Part shown: positions 38,101 through 46,837 of the stretch, in pieces
Layout of the letters: every line of letters begins with the position of its first letter
How positions within the stretch are numbered: position 1 is the stretch's first letter
Assembly (NCBI RefSeq): GCF_003704095.1
Contig: NW_020845300.1
Span: 558,001 to 622,000 of the forward strand
From: Pocillopora damicornis
Lineage: Eukaryota
DNA: 64,000 bases
Direction: 5' to 3'
The notes under the pieces: generated by a model
Told to the model about the DNA's origin: nothing
Databases searched by the model: none
Seen by the model: only the letters and a program-made list of their open reading frames with translations
Made by a program: the position numbers and the translations under genes

Positions 38101-41100
38101 CTTACACTGGAAATGTCAGCGCTAGAAACTCTTCCTGGTGGCCAATGCACATTATCAACTAAGGTGATAGAATCAAATTATCTTCAAATTGTAATCCCCC
38201 CAACAATGGTGCACCGCAGTTTGTTTGGAATCTAACCCATTTATTTAACACGATAAATTATTGTACATTTTTAGCTACCTTGAAACCTCAAATAATAAAT
38301 GTACAGGCTGCACAGTAATTCTGAGTGATGCCTTTAGATACAACTATAACTATATTGTAGTTCAATTTCCTCCTTCGATTAAAAATCTATTTCCTTTGTT
38401 TTAGGGTGTAATAATGTTTAAACATAAAGTTAAAATGGCTCTATTTAAGCATGGTACACACACATGTACCTTTTTTAGGGGTGTTGGTTCTAGTAACTCT
38501 AGTAACTAGTAACTGTCACAGTTCAAATAAATGTAAAAATACAGAACATAATTGAAATTTATCCATTTTGACTAGACAAGCTTGATCAGTGGGGGAAATA
38601 AATTCATCTTGTCCCCTAGAGTAGCCATACCTGAATCCAATCACCTTTTGATCTTGAATGTACACTTTTGAGACCAGTCTTAGCTCGTGGGAAATGTACA
38701 AAAATGGTATCAATTTTACTTTTCATAGATATTATACCTGGATAGCTGTGGTCAGAGCCACTTCCTATGGAAGCGGCTGCTCCAGCAGGCCTGAGTCCAC
38801 CAGCATCTGTCTTGAAGTACATCTCACTAGTGACCTGATCATCTTCCACATCATGACTGTTTGTTATAACATCCCCGGTGACACGAGGCAAGTTCTGCAC
38901 TTCATTGGCAAGTTTAGAGAACTGCGACAAAGTGTGAATGACATCAATCATACTGCGGATGTGGTTACAAAAATTATCCAAGTGTGCTATGATTGATTCT
39001 TCATCAGTAAAGGCAATGCCACTGCTTCCATGACTGGTTATGCTCTCATGGTCTCCCTTCATTTTTGTGCCTGGAACATAAACACAAACAGGGTTATTAC
39101 ATTCATAACAAGTACAGTATTATATTCAAAACAAGTATTAACCTTTAACTCCCAGATCAAATTTGTAATTCTCCTTACTGTCAACCAGACAATTCTTATA
39201 AAGTTAGTTCAGAGAATTTAATATTAAATCAACTAATTATCCACAAATTGATATTTTTCTTCATTCTCATCACTTATCTGGTTGATATTGTTTTGATATT
39301 GTAAAGAGAAATTCTGTCTTGGTCATTCATGGGAGTTAAAGGGTTAAGGCCCATTCAATGGCACTACATATACTAAATTTTGAGTAAGTAAAGGCTCTTA
39401 GTTTTTTATCATGGTCAGCTGTATGTACCAGTACCAGTATATAAAAAAATTAAATTTTGGAGTTACAGTATGTTATAAATTAACAAACAATGCATGATTG
39501 TCCTAAAGATTGGTATTCCATTGACACATTTTGCAGGATACTTTGTCTAATTTATACTATAGTGCAATTTACATAATTCAGATGTACAGAATGTACCTTG
39601 CAAAGTATGTTTCAAGCTTGGTCCAAAAACAGATATCATATCCAAAATTTTAAGGGTTATAGAGACATACAAATGCTTTCTTGTACAAAAATAAATAAAA
39701 GTACATGGCAGAAAAATTAATGCAATTTGAAGAGGGAAAATAGTATTGCAACATGTGGTTCCTGATATTAAAGATTTATGGCTTGAACAAACAAAGACAT
39801 TCTGTCTCAACCTACTTTGAGAAAATGAGAGCCTGATGGGGCTGCCAGCAGCAATTGGTGACATCAAGTTTGAATTACTGTTAGTGATCACAGACCGTTT
39901 TGCACCACCAGGCTGCAGGACACTGGGTGTCATAGAAAGAGAGTGAGACCCACCAAGGCCCTCCCTTAAACTCCTGATCATATCACGGTACTGTTTATGC
40001 ATGGAGAGACAAACATTAAGCCGTGAAAGAAACCCATCATCACTGCCAAACAAGATCTCTTTGTTTGCCTTTCTTTTACCCTTCGATTTTGTTAGGTGAG
40101 CTGAATGGCTTGAGGAGGAGTCTATTTCTTCTTGAACCTTTGTCCAAAGTTTGTCTTCTTCCAAGATTGTAGTGCTGGATTCTATGTAATCTCTTGCAGC
40201 TAGCACAAGCTGATTGGTGATCTGACGATTCAACAATCCACAACAAACTTGTAGTCATACATGTACAATTATTAGCAGTTCATTGACATAATAGTCGCTG
40301 AAGATCATTTATTGCTCTGTAAAATGTTATTCTCAATAAAATCAATGATAACAATAGCAGTAACCACATATGCAAATCAAATTGTACGAGAAAACTTTGG
40401 ACTATGCACAGTGCAGAAGTTACCTTAGAAAACAGCAGCCCAAGATATCCATTTCTGGCATAGTATCGTGAAATTGCATCCATTTGTCTCACACTTGCCA
40501 TCAGTCCAGGAAGAGTATGGCCACAGATGTTGACCAGTGAGTTACCCACATTTAGTTGATCAAAGTACTTACGTAGTGACTCCAAGTACTTCACTTTATC
40601 TTTAGTCTCATTGAAGGCATCAGTAATGCTGAATGAACAAAATCAATTAATATGAGCCATTTAATACTCCTTGAAATTTCAAAGACATCCACACTAAAGA
40701 GAGGCCATTTTAATTGAAGGAGAACCTGATAAAATGTAAAAAAAAAAAAACTGAAACACATATTGTGAACAATTTGACAAGGTGATCTTGTGGGGTAGTC
40801 AAAGGACGTGGTTAGTCCTTAAACCCTTTAACTTCCAAGACCTGATTGTTAATTCTCTCCTTTAGCTGCTACACATCTCTTTGTGAATTAGTTCAGAGAA
40901 TTTGGTGTTGGATCAAGACAACAATTTCAACCTAATAAGTTTGAGAATTCTCATTACCTTTTTCTTGTATGACTCATGGATATGATAAGGAGAAGTTACA
41001 TGTTAATCACCTCTTGAAGTTAAAGGGTTAAGCGACTGTGACTGAGGTTTCAACAACCTGAGCAAAAGTCACCAAGACACTATGATAATGTCTTCTGCGT

Positions 41101-43326
41101 AAGTTATCAAAAAGTCAGTTGATGTCCAAGATAACAATCCTTTTCAGGACTTCCTTTGCCCTGACATCATATCACATGATCAACGGTCACACATGATTAG
41201 TAGAGACTTTTGTTCAAGCCCCAAAAGATTTATTGATGAGTTCATTTATCTGTTTCAAATTTTTCTTTATATTAGAGATACCATCAGTCATATACATTAC
41301 CTGGCATCAATAGCCTTCCATCGTTTTAGTACTTTGGATTTAGCTGTAATTAGAATAGCAATCACTCCTTTGCATTCTTTGCTCTTTAGCTGGTCGGTGA
41401 CGCTTGTGAGAACTTTCTGTCTGCGTTTCCACTTATCCATCTCACTGAGTGGGCCAGCAAAAGGATCAAATCTACAAATACAACTGAACAATTAAAAACA
41501 GCACATAACCTATTCCAGAGATTCAATGAGGGGTGCCCCCCACCTTAAATTTTTAATTGATTAGTCAAGACAGAAGAATAGTAGATAACCCATTAATTTC
41601 CAAGATCTGATACATAATTCTCCTTACTACCCACCACACAATTTTAGGCTATGACTCAGGGAATTTGGTATTGAATAGGCTAATAATCCCCTAATTGATA
41701 TTCTCATTCTCATCACTTGTCTGCTTGAAATTGTATTGATATTGTAAGGAGAAATTCTGTATTGGTCACTCATGGGAGTTGAAGTATTAAAAAGCTGCTC
41801 TTTGTTCTTTCCTCCTTGGTCAGTTTTATAGCCTTAAAAACTACAGAAGTACATTCTAATGAGGAGGTTGATGCCAAAACAACAAAGGGGTATCAAAGTA
41901 ATTTGTGAGGAGGGAGAGAAGTCCTTTCCATCCAATCTCTGATCAGATACTTTACCATTAAGTAGCACAGAGCTTGCACAGGGTAATGGAGTTCTCATAT
42001 ACAAACACAGTACATGAAAAAACTTATCAAGGTACTTGGACAGAGTTGAGTCTAATTTTGCGAATACAGACCCAACATGTTCCTTTTATCATCACTTCTA
42101 CTTTGGAAAATTTCATGGCACAGCTTATATTTTCAGCTGGCAGAAGAATGCAAGAAAGCATATGCTGAACAAAGCATATTCATGATATTTTCAATTCAGT
42201 GAATTCTCTGTTATCTTAAATATTTACATGCATTGTCATCATCCCTATAGAAAGACCCAGTCTGCAGATCCTGGTGGGTGCACGCACAAGTTTTTAGTCA
42301 AATGATCATTCAGCATGCCAGAATGCATTGCACCCATAAGATCTCCTTGAGTTCAGCCATACTCTGCACACTGAACGAAGCCTGCATGTATAGCAGAGTT
42401 CTGACACCATCAATGGTCAATTTAGTGACCACTGAACTAAAGGCAACATAAACTGCTCAGAGTTACCTTGGTAACCAACTGCAGTTGGAGACTGACTAGA
42501 CAGGCACCTCCCCCTACCCTCTGCCCCCTGAGCTCATTAATTCCAATTCAATCATGATCACCATTGCCCAAAATAACACTGAAAAATAAAAAATCAGTAC
42601 ACCCAAAAAAGTCATCAAATCCCAGCAATAGAAAATGATTGTATTTTGGTACCTTTCTTCCAGTCCATCAGTGAGTATATTTTCAATGGTCGCAATCCAA
42701 TCCAAAACAAGATTCTCATACTCCAGCAAAATGGAAGGATTCACTGCAGCTGCTCTGTTCTGTTTAAAGTCAGACGTGACTTGCGACTCTGGTTTTTTTA
42801 AAATCTGCTGAGGTGCAATTGTAGCAGTAGCATACTCACTCAAAGTGTTTGTGTACTTGTCTAACTGGTTTAAAAAGTGCGAAACTTCTTCCTCAGAAGA
42901 ATGACCCCAATCTTTCTGTGCGTGCAGAATCGGAGAAAATATCTCAGAGAGCAACGAACTAAAATGAACCAAAGGATTCTCTTTGATCTCGCCACAAAAC
43001 ACCTCCTTCTCCACGCACGTAGGGTCGATGACGCGCTCCAAATTAGAACGAATGAAATACAAACAGATCGCCTCTCCATCCATGACTTCCTTAAGCTTTG
43101 CACACGAGCTAGCTATATTCATCTTTCTAGGCAAAAGACTATTCGGATCTGCTTTAGGGCAGTAGAAAAACAGCTTCGTATGCCCTTCTGGAGCCAAAAA
43201 GTCATTAATGTAGTCAAGAGTGGTTTGCTCTGCCATAAAATCCTCGAGCATCGTAGGGCTGTCATAGGGCCCGACATGAAAAGTTTCTTGCAGCTTTGTA
43301 GCAAACCACCAGTGTCTTTCATCCAT
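1..43326 (-). CDS. Divergent axonemal dynein heavy chain-like protein (outer-arm gamma / DNAH5-DNAH8-like tail); multi-exon, 3' part (AAA5, AAA6, C-terminus) outside the window
   Basis: 70 phase-compatible exons traced via splice sites (window coordinates, transcription order): 42653-43326, 41301-41471, 40424-40628, ~39816-40221, 38738-39070, 37601-37887, 37082-37134, 36701-36821, 35862-35990, 35250-35425, 34744-34828, 33977-34402, 33338-33684, 32863-33191, 32092-32384, 31777-31952, 31348-31438, 30565-30630, 30037-30249, 29702-29763, 29456-29507, 28482-28613, 27915-28024, 27491-27587, 27151-27348, 26700-26765, 26531-26623, [gap], 24952-25297, 24252-24386, 23821-23880, 23294-23458, 22599-22719, 21931-22151, 21612-21680, 21278-21376, 21052-21189, 19856-20076, 19224-19387, 18552-18697, 18119-18320, 17097-17437, 16401-16508, 15861-15947, 15657-15721, 15301-15370, 14762-14976, 14548-14617, 14197-14311, 13936-14034, 13325-13425, 12366-12512, 12117-12191, 11781-11951, 10615-10767, 10417-10527, 9878-10038, 8751-8937, 8137-8244, 7882-8021, 7202-7333, 6264-6575, 5537-5783, 4373-4522, 3738-4047, 3227-3487, 2370-2587, 1819-1994, 807-935, 223-331, 1-47. 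Dynein motifs appear in the correct order: ITDAFNETKDKVKYL, PPLVRNSPLVAGAITWSR, RNRHW, WLTVQDLWQHLEEVF, YGFEFYG..LALTPITERC, GPTGTGKTET, GPPGTGKS, ASPSTVSRC, GPAGCGKT, FIDD, HYLFNLRE, WQHEVTRVIKDR, NLHIILC, WENLQLPTD. No in-frame stops in the traced exons. Confidence 0.93.
468..670. mobile_element. Degenerate TTAA-type MITE (related subfamily; similar copies at ~7365-7584 and ~8455-8625)
   Basis: TTAACCCTTT start and the shared core tcaagagcttcttt..gataat/gatcatttcc, also present at 8520-8560 and, inverted, at 7460-7500. Confidence 0.5.
1515..1800. repeat. Degenerate (GACA/GATA)n microsatellite
   Basis: Runs of cagacaga, gacagata and agacaaa over ~290 bp. Confidence 0.8.
3528..3627. other. 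Assembly gap (100 N), intronic, flanked by GAAA repeats
   Basis: N run; the flanking dynein exons 3738-4047 and 3227-3487 are phase-compatible across it. Confidence 0.98.
4700..4985. mobile_element. Palindromic Penelope-like terminal-repeat element with hammerhead-like core
   Basis: ~100-bp inverted arms (ttatcaactgagttgataacgtaaattggccaccgtt..aagcgttagtccttcatcaga / tctaacgaagggcttaagctcgaaacgtcggc..gttgataa). The minus strand reads CTGATGAAGGACTAACGCTTGAAAC. Confidence 0.6.
11538..11709. repeat. Long inverted repeat (~65-70-bp arms), probably transposon-derived
   Basis: gattccatgtttccgtgagtctgttcagtaacagatcacatatgacgtcaaaatgtggtaagaac pairs imperfectly with gttcatatcccattttgaagccatctgtgatctattacgaaacagatgtaaagcaacatggaattc. 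Confidence 0.6.
12713..12923. mobile_element. TTAA piggyBac-like MITE, diverged copy
   Basis: TTAACCTTTCATTCC ... aaattctgtcttggtcactcatgggagctgaacggtcaa; same internal sequence as the 39138 copy. Confidence 0.68.
17850..18045. mobile_element. Same palindromic Penelope-like element
   Basis: 30-bp hairpin gctgacgtttcaagcgttagcccttcgtca-aagggaa-tgacaaagagctaacgctcgaaacgtcagc (17871-17937), followed by the family tail ccccaccgacgcagcatcacggtttctcta. Confidence 0.62.
18119..22151 (-). other. Dynein AAA1 module (Walker A/B intact, sensors degenerate)
   Basis: Walker A GPTGTGKT (21624-21647), Walker B WGLMDEFHK, ALFRSVAMVMPD. The Sensor I region reads FLTICSNGHNYEFP and the Sensor II region reads HHNFSLSS. 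Confidence 0.88.
20444..20895. repeat. Minisatellite, 8 copies of a ~59-bp unit
   Basis: Unit atatgcttctggtgttacctaacagcaattcctcagctttccctgatagctttttgtta; ctggtgtt recurs 8 times at 45-59-bp spacing. Confidence 0.9.
22857..23066. mobile_element. TTAA piggyBac-like MITE, opposite orientation to the 39138 copy
   Basis: CCCTTTAACTCTCATGAGTGACC ... GGGAGTGGAAGGGTTAA; the reverse complement aligns by eye with 39138-39347. Confidence 0.72.
23083..23210 (-). mobile_element. 5' fragment of a tRNA-derived SINE
   Basis: Minus-strand Pol III B-box GGTTCGAGCCC followed by aggccgggg..gaagactcttcactcttacattgcctc, the same family head as the 28660 copy. Confidence 0.5.
25669..26200. other. Assembly gap (532 N), predicted to hide dynein exon(s)
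   Basis: N run; the flanking exons are phase 0 and phase 2, and a conserved linker block is missing. Confidence 0.95.
26201..26480 (-). mobile_element. Possible degraded LINE (CR1/L2-like) reverse transcriptase C-terminal fragment
   Basis: Minus-strand remnants DLGI-SWSD and LVSKAK resemble the KDLG..LSW..HI..VSKA motif, but are frameshifted and short. Confidence 0.25.
28660..28960 (+). mobile_element. tRNA-derived SINE, degenerate (MetaSINE-like central domain)
   Basis: ccggccagggtcattttcttggtcaagacacttta..ctctctccaccc.. then gatggactttcattccatccaggcggaaaagtaatactcctggtcgctacatgccatggaaaccgggataag. This resembles the conserved core of cnidarian SINE2 elements (from recall, not aligned). 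Confidence 0.55.
31190..31332. repeat. Palindromic dispersed repeat containing a (TTG)n tract, abutting the donor of exon 31348-31438
   Basis: ttactgagtaagcttgttcggtcaatataactggatatt ... gatacccagccatattgacctgatgcttggtcaataa inverted arms; (TTG)n at ~31238-31263. Confidence 0.45.
32445..32828. repeat. G-rich minisatellite: ~16-bp monomers arranged in a 65-bp higher-order unit
   Basis: gggcttataagataggggcataag recurs at 32542 and 32607; monomers gggcttaat.., gggcttata.., gggcataag.., gggcgtata... Confidence 0.85.
35097..35125. repeat. (AAT)n microsatellite (another at ~976-995)
   Basis: aataataataataataataataataataa. Confidence 0.85.
37990..38240. mobile_element. Same palindromic Penelope-like element, CpG-decayed copy
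   Basis: ttatcaattgacttgacaatgttaattggccactgtaaagagtttc..tagcccttcatcagagtgaatgacaaagggcttacactggaaatgtcagc..gtggccaatgcacattatcaact. Confidence 0.58.
39138..39347. mobile_element. ~210-bp MITE, TTAA-flanked, piggyBac-like non-autonomous element
   Basis: Terminal inverted repeats TTAA-CCTTTAACTCCC ... GGGAGTTAAAGGG-TTAA; internal sequence shared with the other copies in this window. Confidence 0.75.
40819..41031. mobile_element. TTAA piggyBac-like MITE (related family)
   Basis: TTAAACCCTTTAACTTC ... GAAGTTAAAGGGTTAA termini; internal aattctc / gttcagagaatttgg motifs. Confidence 0.7.
41586..41790. mobile_element. TTAA piggyBac-like MITE, diverged copy
   Basis: taacccattaatttccaagatct ... 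gaaattctgtattggtcactcatgggagttgaagtattaa. Confidence 0.65.
42462..42475. promoter_or_regulatory. RFX X-box in intron 1 of the dynein gene
   Basis: GTTACC-TT-GGTAAC has perfectly inverted half-sites and matches the X-box consensus of ciliary genes; it lies ~180 bp past the exon 1 donor. Confidence 0.55.
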
Positions 43327-44679
43327 ATTTAGTCCGTATACTGTGTAATTGTTGAGTTACATTTAGTTCTCGTTATTTTGGAAATGTTCAGACGAAATTC
43401 CCTCCATTTTGTTGTCATCTGGTAGCCAAGCACTGGGCATCGAGGTCCCGGATGTGAGAGAAACTTTCCCCCACCAGGGTGGCCGGAGGTATAGCTCTAT
43501 TGCTCAACAAGGCATTTTGTGGATTTTGCTTACACCAAACAAGAGTAAAAACTAAATATCACGAAAAGGAGTTAACTTTGTTCAGAGGAATAACTTAAGT
43601 TGATGAAAGAGTAAAACTATATGTGTGATTCAAGTACAGCGGAAGACCTCGTCAACTCTTGCAGACCTAGGTTTTACTGATTGAGTCTATTTAGCTCCGA
43701 AATGAAGTGATTATCAATATCGGTATCCCAACAACTGCGCACCAGCCCCTCCCCTCCCCTCCCCTAACCCAACAACAGTCACCTCATAACAAGTTTGGGT
43801 TGACTAAGAAAACAAAAGAGCACTTTGTTAAGTTTATTAACTCGATATATTTAGCAAAGGCTGCAAATCAAATTTATAACAGACGAAAACAAATTTTGAA
43901 GGTGTCATCGCATTAACTCTTATGTCATTACTGCTGTTGTGATTTCTTTGGTTTGCGTTTTCGAAACCTGAGTGGAAACTGCTTTAACAATATTCAAAAT
44001 CGCAAGGGGTCTTTCCCACCTAATCATGAGCTGATCACAGGAGAAAATTTATTGTTAACATTGATGTAGCTAAAGAAAGATGGCTTGCAGAAAGAGAACG
44101 GAATGTATTGAAAATTGCAAGAGAAGCAACTTTCAGACCGGTCCCGTTCCACGATTGAGTTTTAAAATGACTGTAAGAATGCTTATGTTTGAAACCCAGC
44201 ATTTCCTAAGAGAGCTGAAAAAAGCGCCATCAGCAGTCTCCTTCCATGTAATTTAACAGCAAAGGTTTCTTTTATGCCCAAATCAGCAAACAGTTCTCCA
44301 GAAACAAACAAACAAATGAACATGATAGACAAATAAACAAAGTTTTTTTTTTCTGTTTTCATTCTTGAAAATTTATAGTTTTCAAAGGAGAGGGACGAAC
44401 AATCTCGGCTCAGTTTTTCTGCAAAGAAGGCCGAATCAATACTTTGTGAAGCGAGGGACAGGTTGTTTAAAAACTTCAATTCTGCCTTCTTACTACATGT
44501 ACACCCGTAAGTAGAATGCGACAAGTTCAAGTTCCTGAGATGTAGGTAAGAGTTTATTTGGACATGTGCTGGCTGATAATTTCATAACTTGATATGGTAC
44601 ACAGGAAGTTGTTCATTCGCTAGTTAATGGAGATCAGTAACTCTGATGCAGATCACTAACTCTGATGCAGATCATTCTT

Positions 44680-44944
44680 GGGGCACTTTCCGATTAAGTG
44701 TCGTAAAACAAAAACCACAGAAAGTCAACGGCCAATCAGAGGGCAGAAAATACCTTTAAGAACCAGTGAGAACGACATAAAACCAAACAAACTGCTAAAG
44801 CGCGAGAAAAATACGAGTCACCATGTCGTGATTGGTTTGTTTTGCATCAGATTGATTGAGAGAGTGGACCAATCACAGAGCGTAGCAAAACAAAAACCAA
44901 AGCAATCCCAGATTATTTGCTACACTCAACTGAAAACTACTCTG
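44680..44944. mobile_element. MITE-like dispersed repeat (partial copies at ~48750-48920 and ~43920-43985)
   Basis: Imperfect TIRs gcacttttccgattaagtgtcg ... acactcaactgaaaactactct; internal ccaatcaga / gcgcgagaaaa / gattgg motifs recur at 48780-48920. Confidence 0.5.
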
Positions 44945-46837
44945 TAAAATGCTCTGAGAAATTGTTCAGTCACAGAGGAAATCACACACCCAAGAAAGCA
45001 AGTCTTGTTTTGTAAACTACCTCGCCTAAGTTGACACTGAAACGAGGCTACCAGCAAACAATGTCTATATACGTATGATTTCTTTTTTCTTATGTAACTG
45101 TTGTATAAAATGTCAGGTATACCATAAGGAAATCGCAACAGTTAAAACAACGAATTCAATATTGTACATCATTTTATTCCTTTAACCATGAGTGAGTTAA
45201 TGAAATTAAACATATATTATTTTAACACGACATCTCATTCTTTCCATGTCTATATCCATACAATAAACTAAACTATTTGTCTTTCTTATAACCTATCGTT
45301 CGAGGATGATAAATTTTGGATACTAATACTGGGTTGAATGGAATTACGATTTTTGGCTCATAAATATCCATTCCGTAATTAACGCGATGTTATTTTTACT
45401 CTTCCCATCAACTTTCTTAGCGACATTTACATATTGACATTTCAACTCAGAGAGGATGTCAGTTTATAAGTTACCAAGTTTAGTATGAAATCAATAGACG
45501 GTTGAAACTGCCTTGACGACAATAATAAAAGAAAAAACGAAATTATTATTCTTAACATGTGGAAACAACTATTAAGACAAAGAAAGGTTCTTGTTATCAA
45601 AGTGCGTTGTTTTCTTTAACTCAAGTGCACAACGAAAAAAAAAGGGGTCACATTAGATTTCTCTTTCAAATTCACATTAAAACCCGGGAGTGAGAGCCAA
45701 AAATTTTGTATAATAAAAGTGAACATTCAATAATTTAAAGTTGTCTTTACAGTATACATACAGAAGATTTCGAGTCTGTTCCGGTTAAGACAAAGACTCA
45801 GGCGTGGGTGAAATGCGTCATAATAATTGGCAATGATTACAGGAATGCTTACAAAGCAAAACCCACTCTGATTTCAACACACGGGCGACTATCACCAAGT
45901 GAAGGGTCGTACGTGATGTTGGATATCCTACGCCTCGCCTGGAAACTTCCTTGAATTGTCGTAACAAAACCCTTGATTACATACCGCCACAAAATTTACA
46001 AGTTGGCCAAAAATATTGTAAATCCCTTAAACAAAAGCTTATATCGAGTTGGTGGACCTAGCCGGGAGGCAGTTGTCAAAACCACAGGATAAAGTGGTGT
46101 GAATAGAACTTGTTGCCAAGAATAACTTTGGTTTGCATGCTCATCGTTAGATCCTTAAAATTGAAGGTTTTGGCCTAATTTTACTACATCGCCTACGTTA
46201 AACCCCGATTGATATGGAAATCCAAGTTGAACGTTTCGCCAGGACAAATGATAACATAGTGTAACAAGCCATGATCACGAAAACATAAGTGTCGCCTCAA
46301 TATTTTAAGTCATGGAAATATTTAGAGGGTCATTAAAATACCCGGAAAATGCTGCGATGTTCTTCATTTTTAATTCGCCGGCATGAGGCCAAGGTCGATG
46401 GGATCACGGGTTATTTACACGTTCAAACCGCAGCTCTCCAAGCACATGCGTTTTCGGTGTTTTTTTGACGCCCTGGGTTTCCTGTAAAAAAATTAATTGC
46501 CTTTCATCACCGATGTTGAATATACTTTGTCTCTTGAAGGTCTATAAAATTGTCTTCATTGAAATTAAAGAGAGCTATCGCTATTTTCTGTACAAGTCAG
46601 TTAGATCTCAAAGCTCCACTCGATGACTGGATTCAGTGCCTTTCCAAAGACATTGATTAATTCTTGCGACATGTAATTTGTCCTCATTCAGTTTTTTGTC
46701 GCACGCGAATGAGGATTCCATGTTAGGTCAGGCGGAACCATTAGCATAGGGCTCAAGCTGAGCGATCCACGCAGATACTAGATGCTACAAAAACGCTCGC
46801 GCACCATTCACCATCTCAAGCGTTCGCGGCTTTTACT

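Larger units (their letters stand above)
26531..43326 (-). other. Dynein N-terminal tail (DHC_N1-type) plus neck/linker start (exons 1-27)
   Basis: GPLSEMDKWKRR..L, ITDAFNETKDKVKYLE, LLFSKITNQLV, LQPGVSTLNWSSMNIDAY, GPGVPGVRPAEAVMRL, EIRNRHW and DLPQEYNRFARVDK match the long tail of two/three-headed axonemal dyneins. Confidence 0.85.

Noticed and set aside
38631-38683. Possible extra dynein micro-exon (strong CAG|GTATGG donor at 38631)
   Set aside because: Its phases are incompatible with the phase-1 junction 38738 to 37887, which already joins in frame; the upstream intron would be only ~54 nt.
39812-39833. Alternative donors for dynein exon 4 (CAG|GC at 39833, TAG|GT at 39812)
   Set aside because: Both are phase 2, but the next exon needs phase 1, so 39816 was chosen; the boundary remains uncertain.
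1-43326. Assigning the symbol DNAH5, DNAH8 or DNHD1, or calling the gene a pseudogene
   Set aside because: The sequence is too divergent to assign orthology without a tree, and there are no stops or frameshifts in the 70 traced exons.
42877-43332. 151-aa antisense ORF overlapping dynein exon 1, and similar + strand ORFs over other exons
   Set aside because: Shadow ORFs of the real minus-strand exons with no recognisable protein features.
44638-44675. Short tandem duplications (taactctgatgcagatca x2; also taattaataacagtaga x2 at ~62011-62045)
   Set aside because: Ordinary slippage-type duplications with no further structure.
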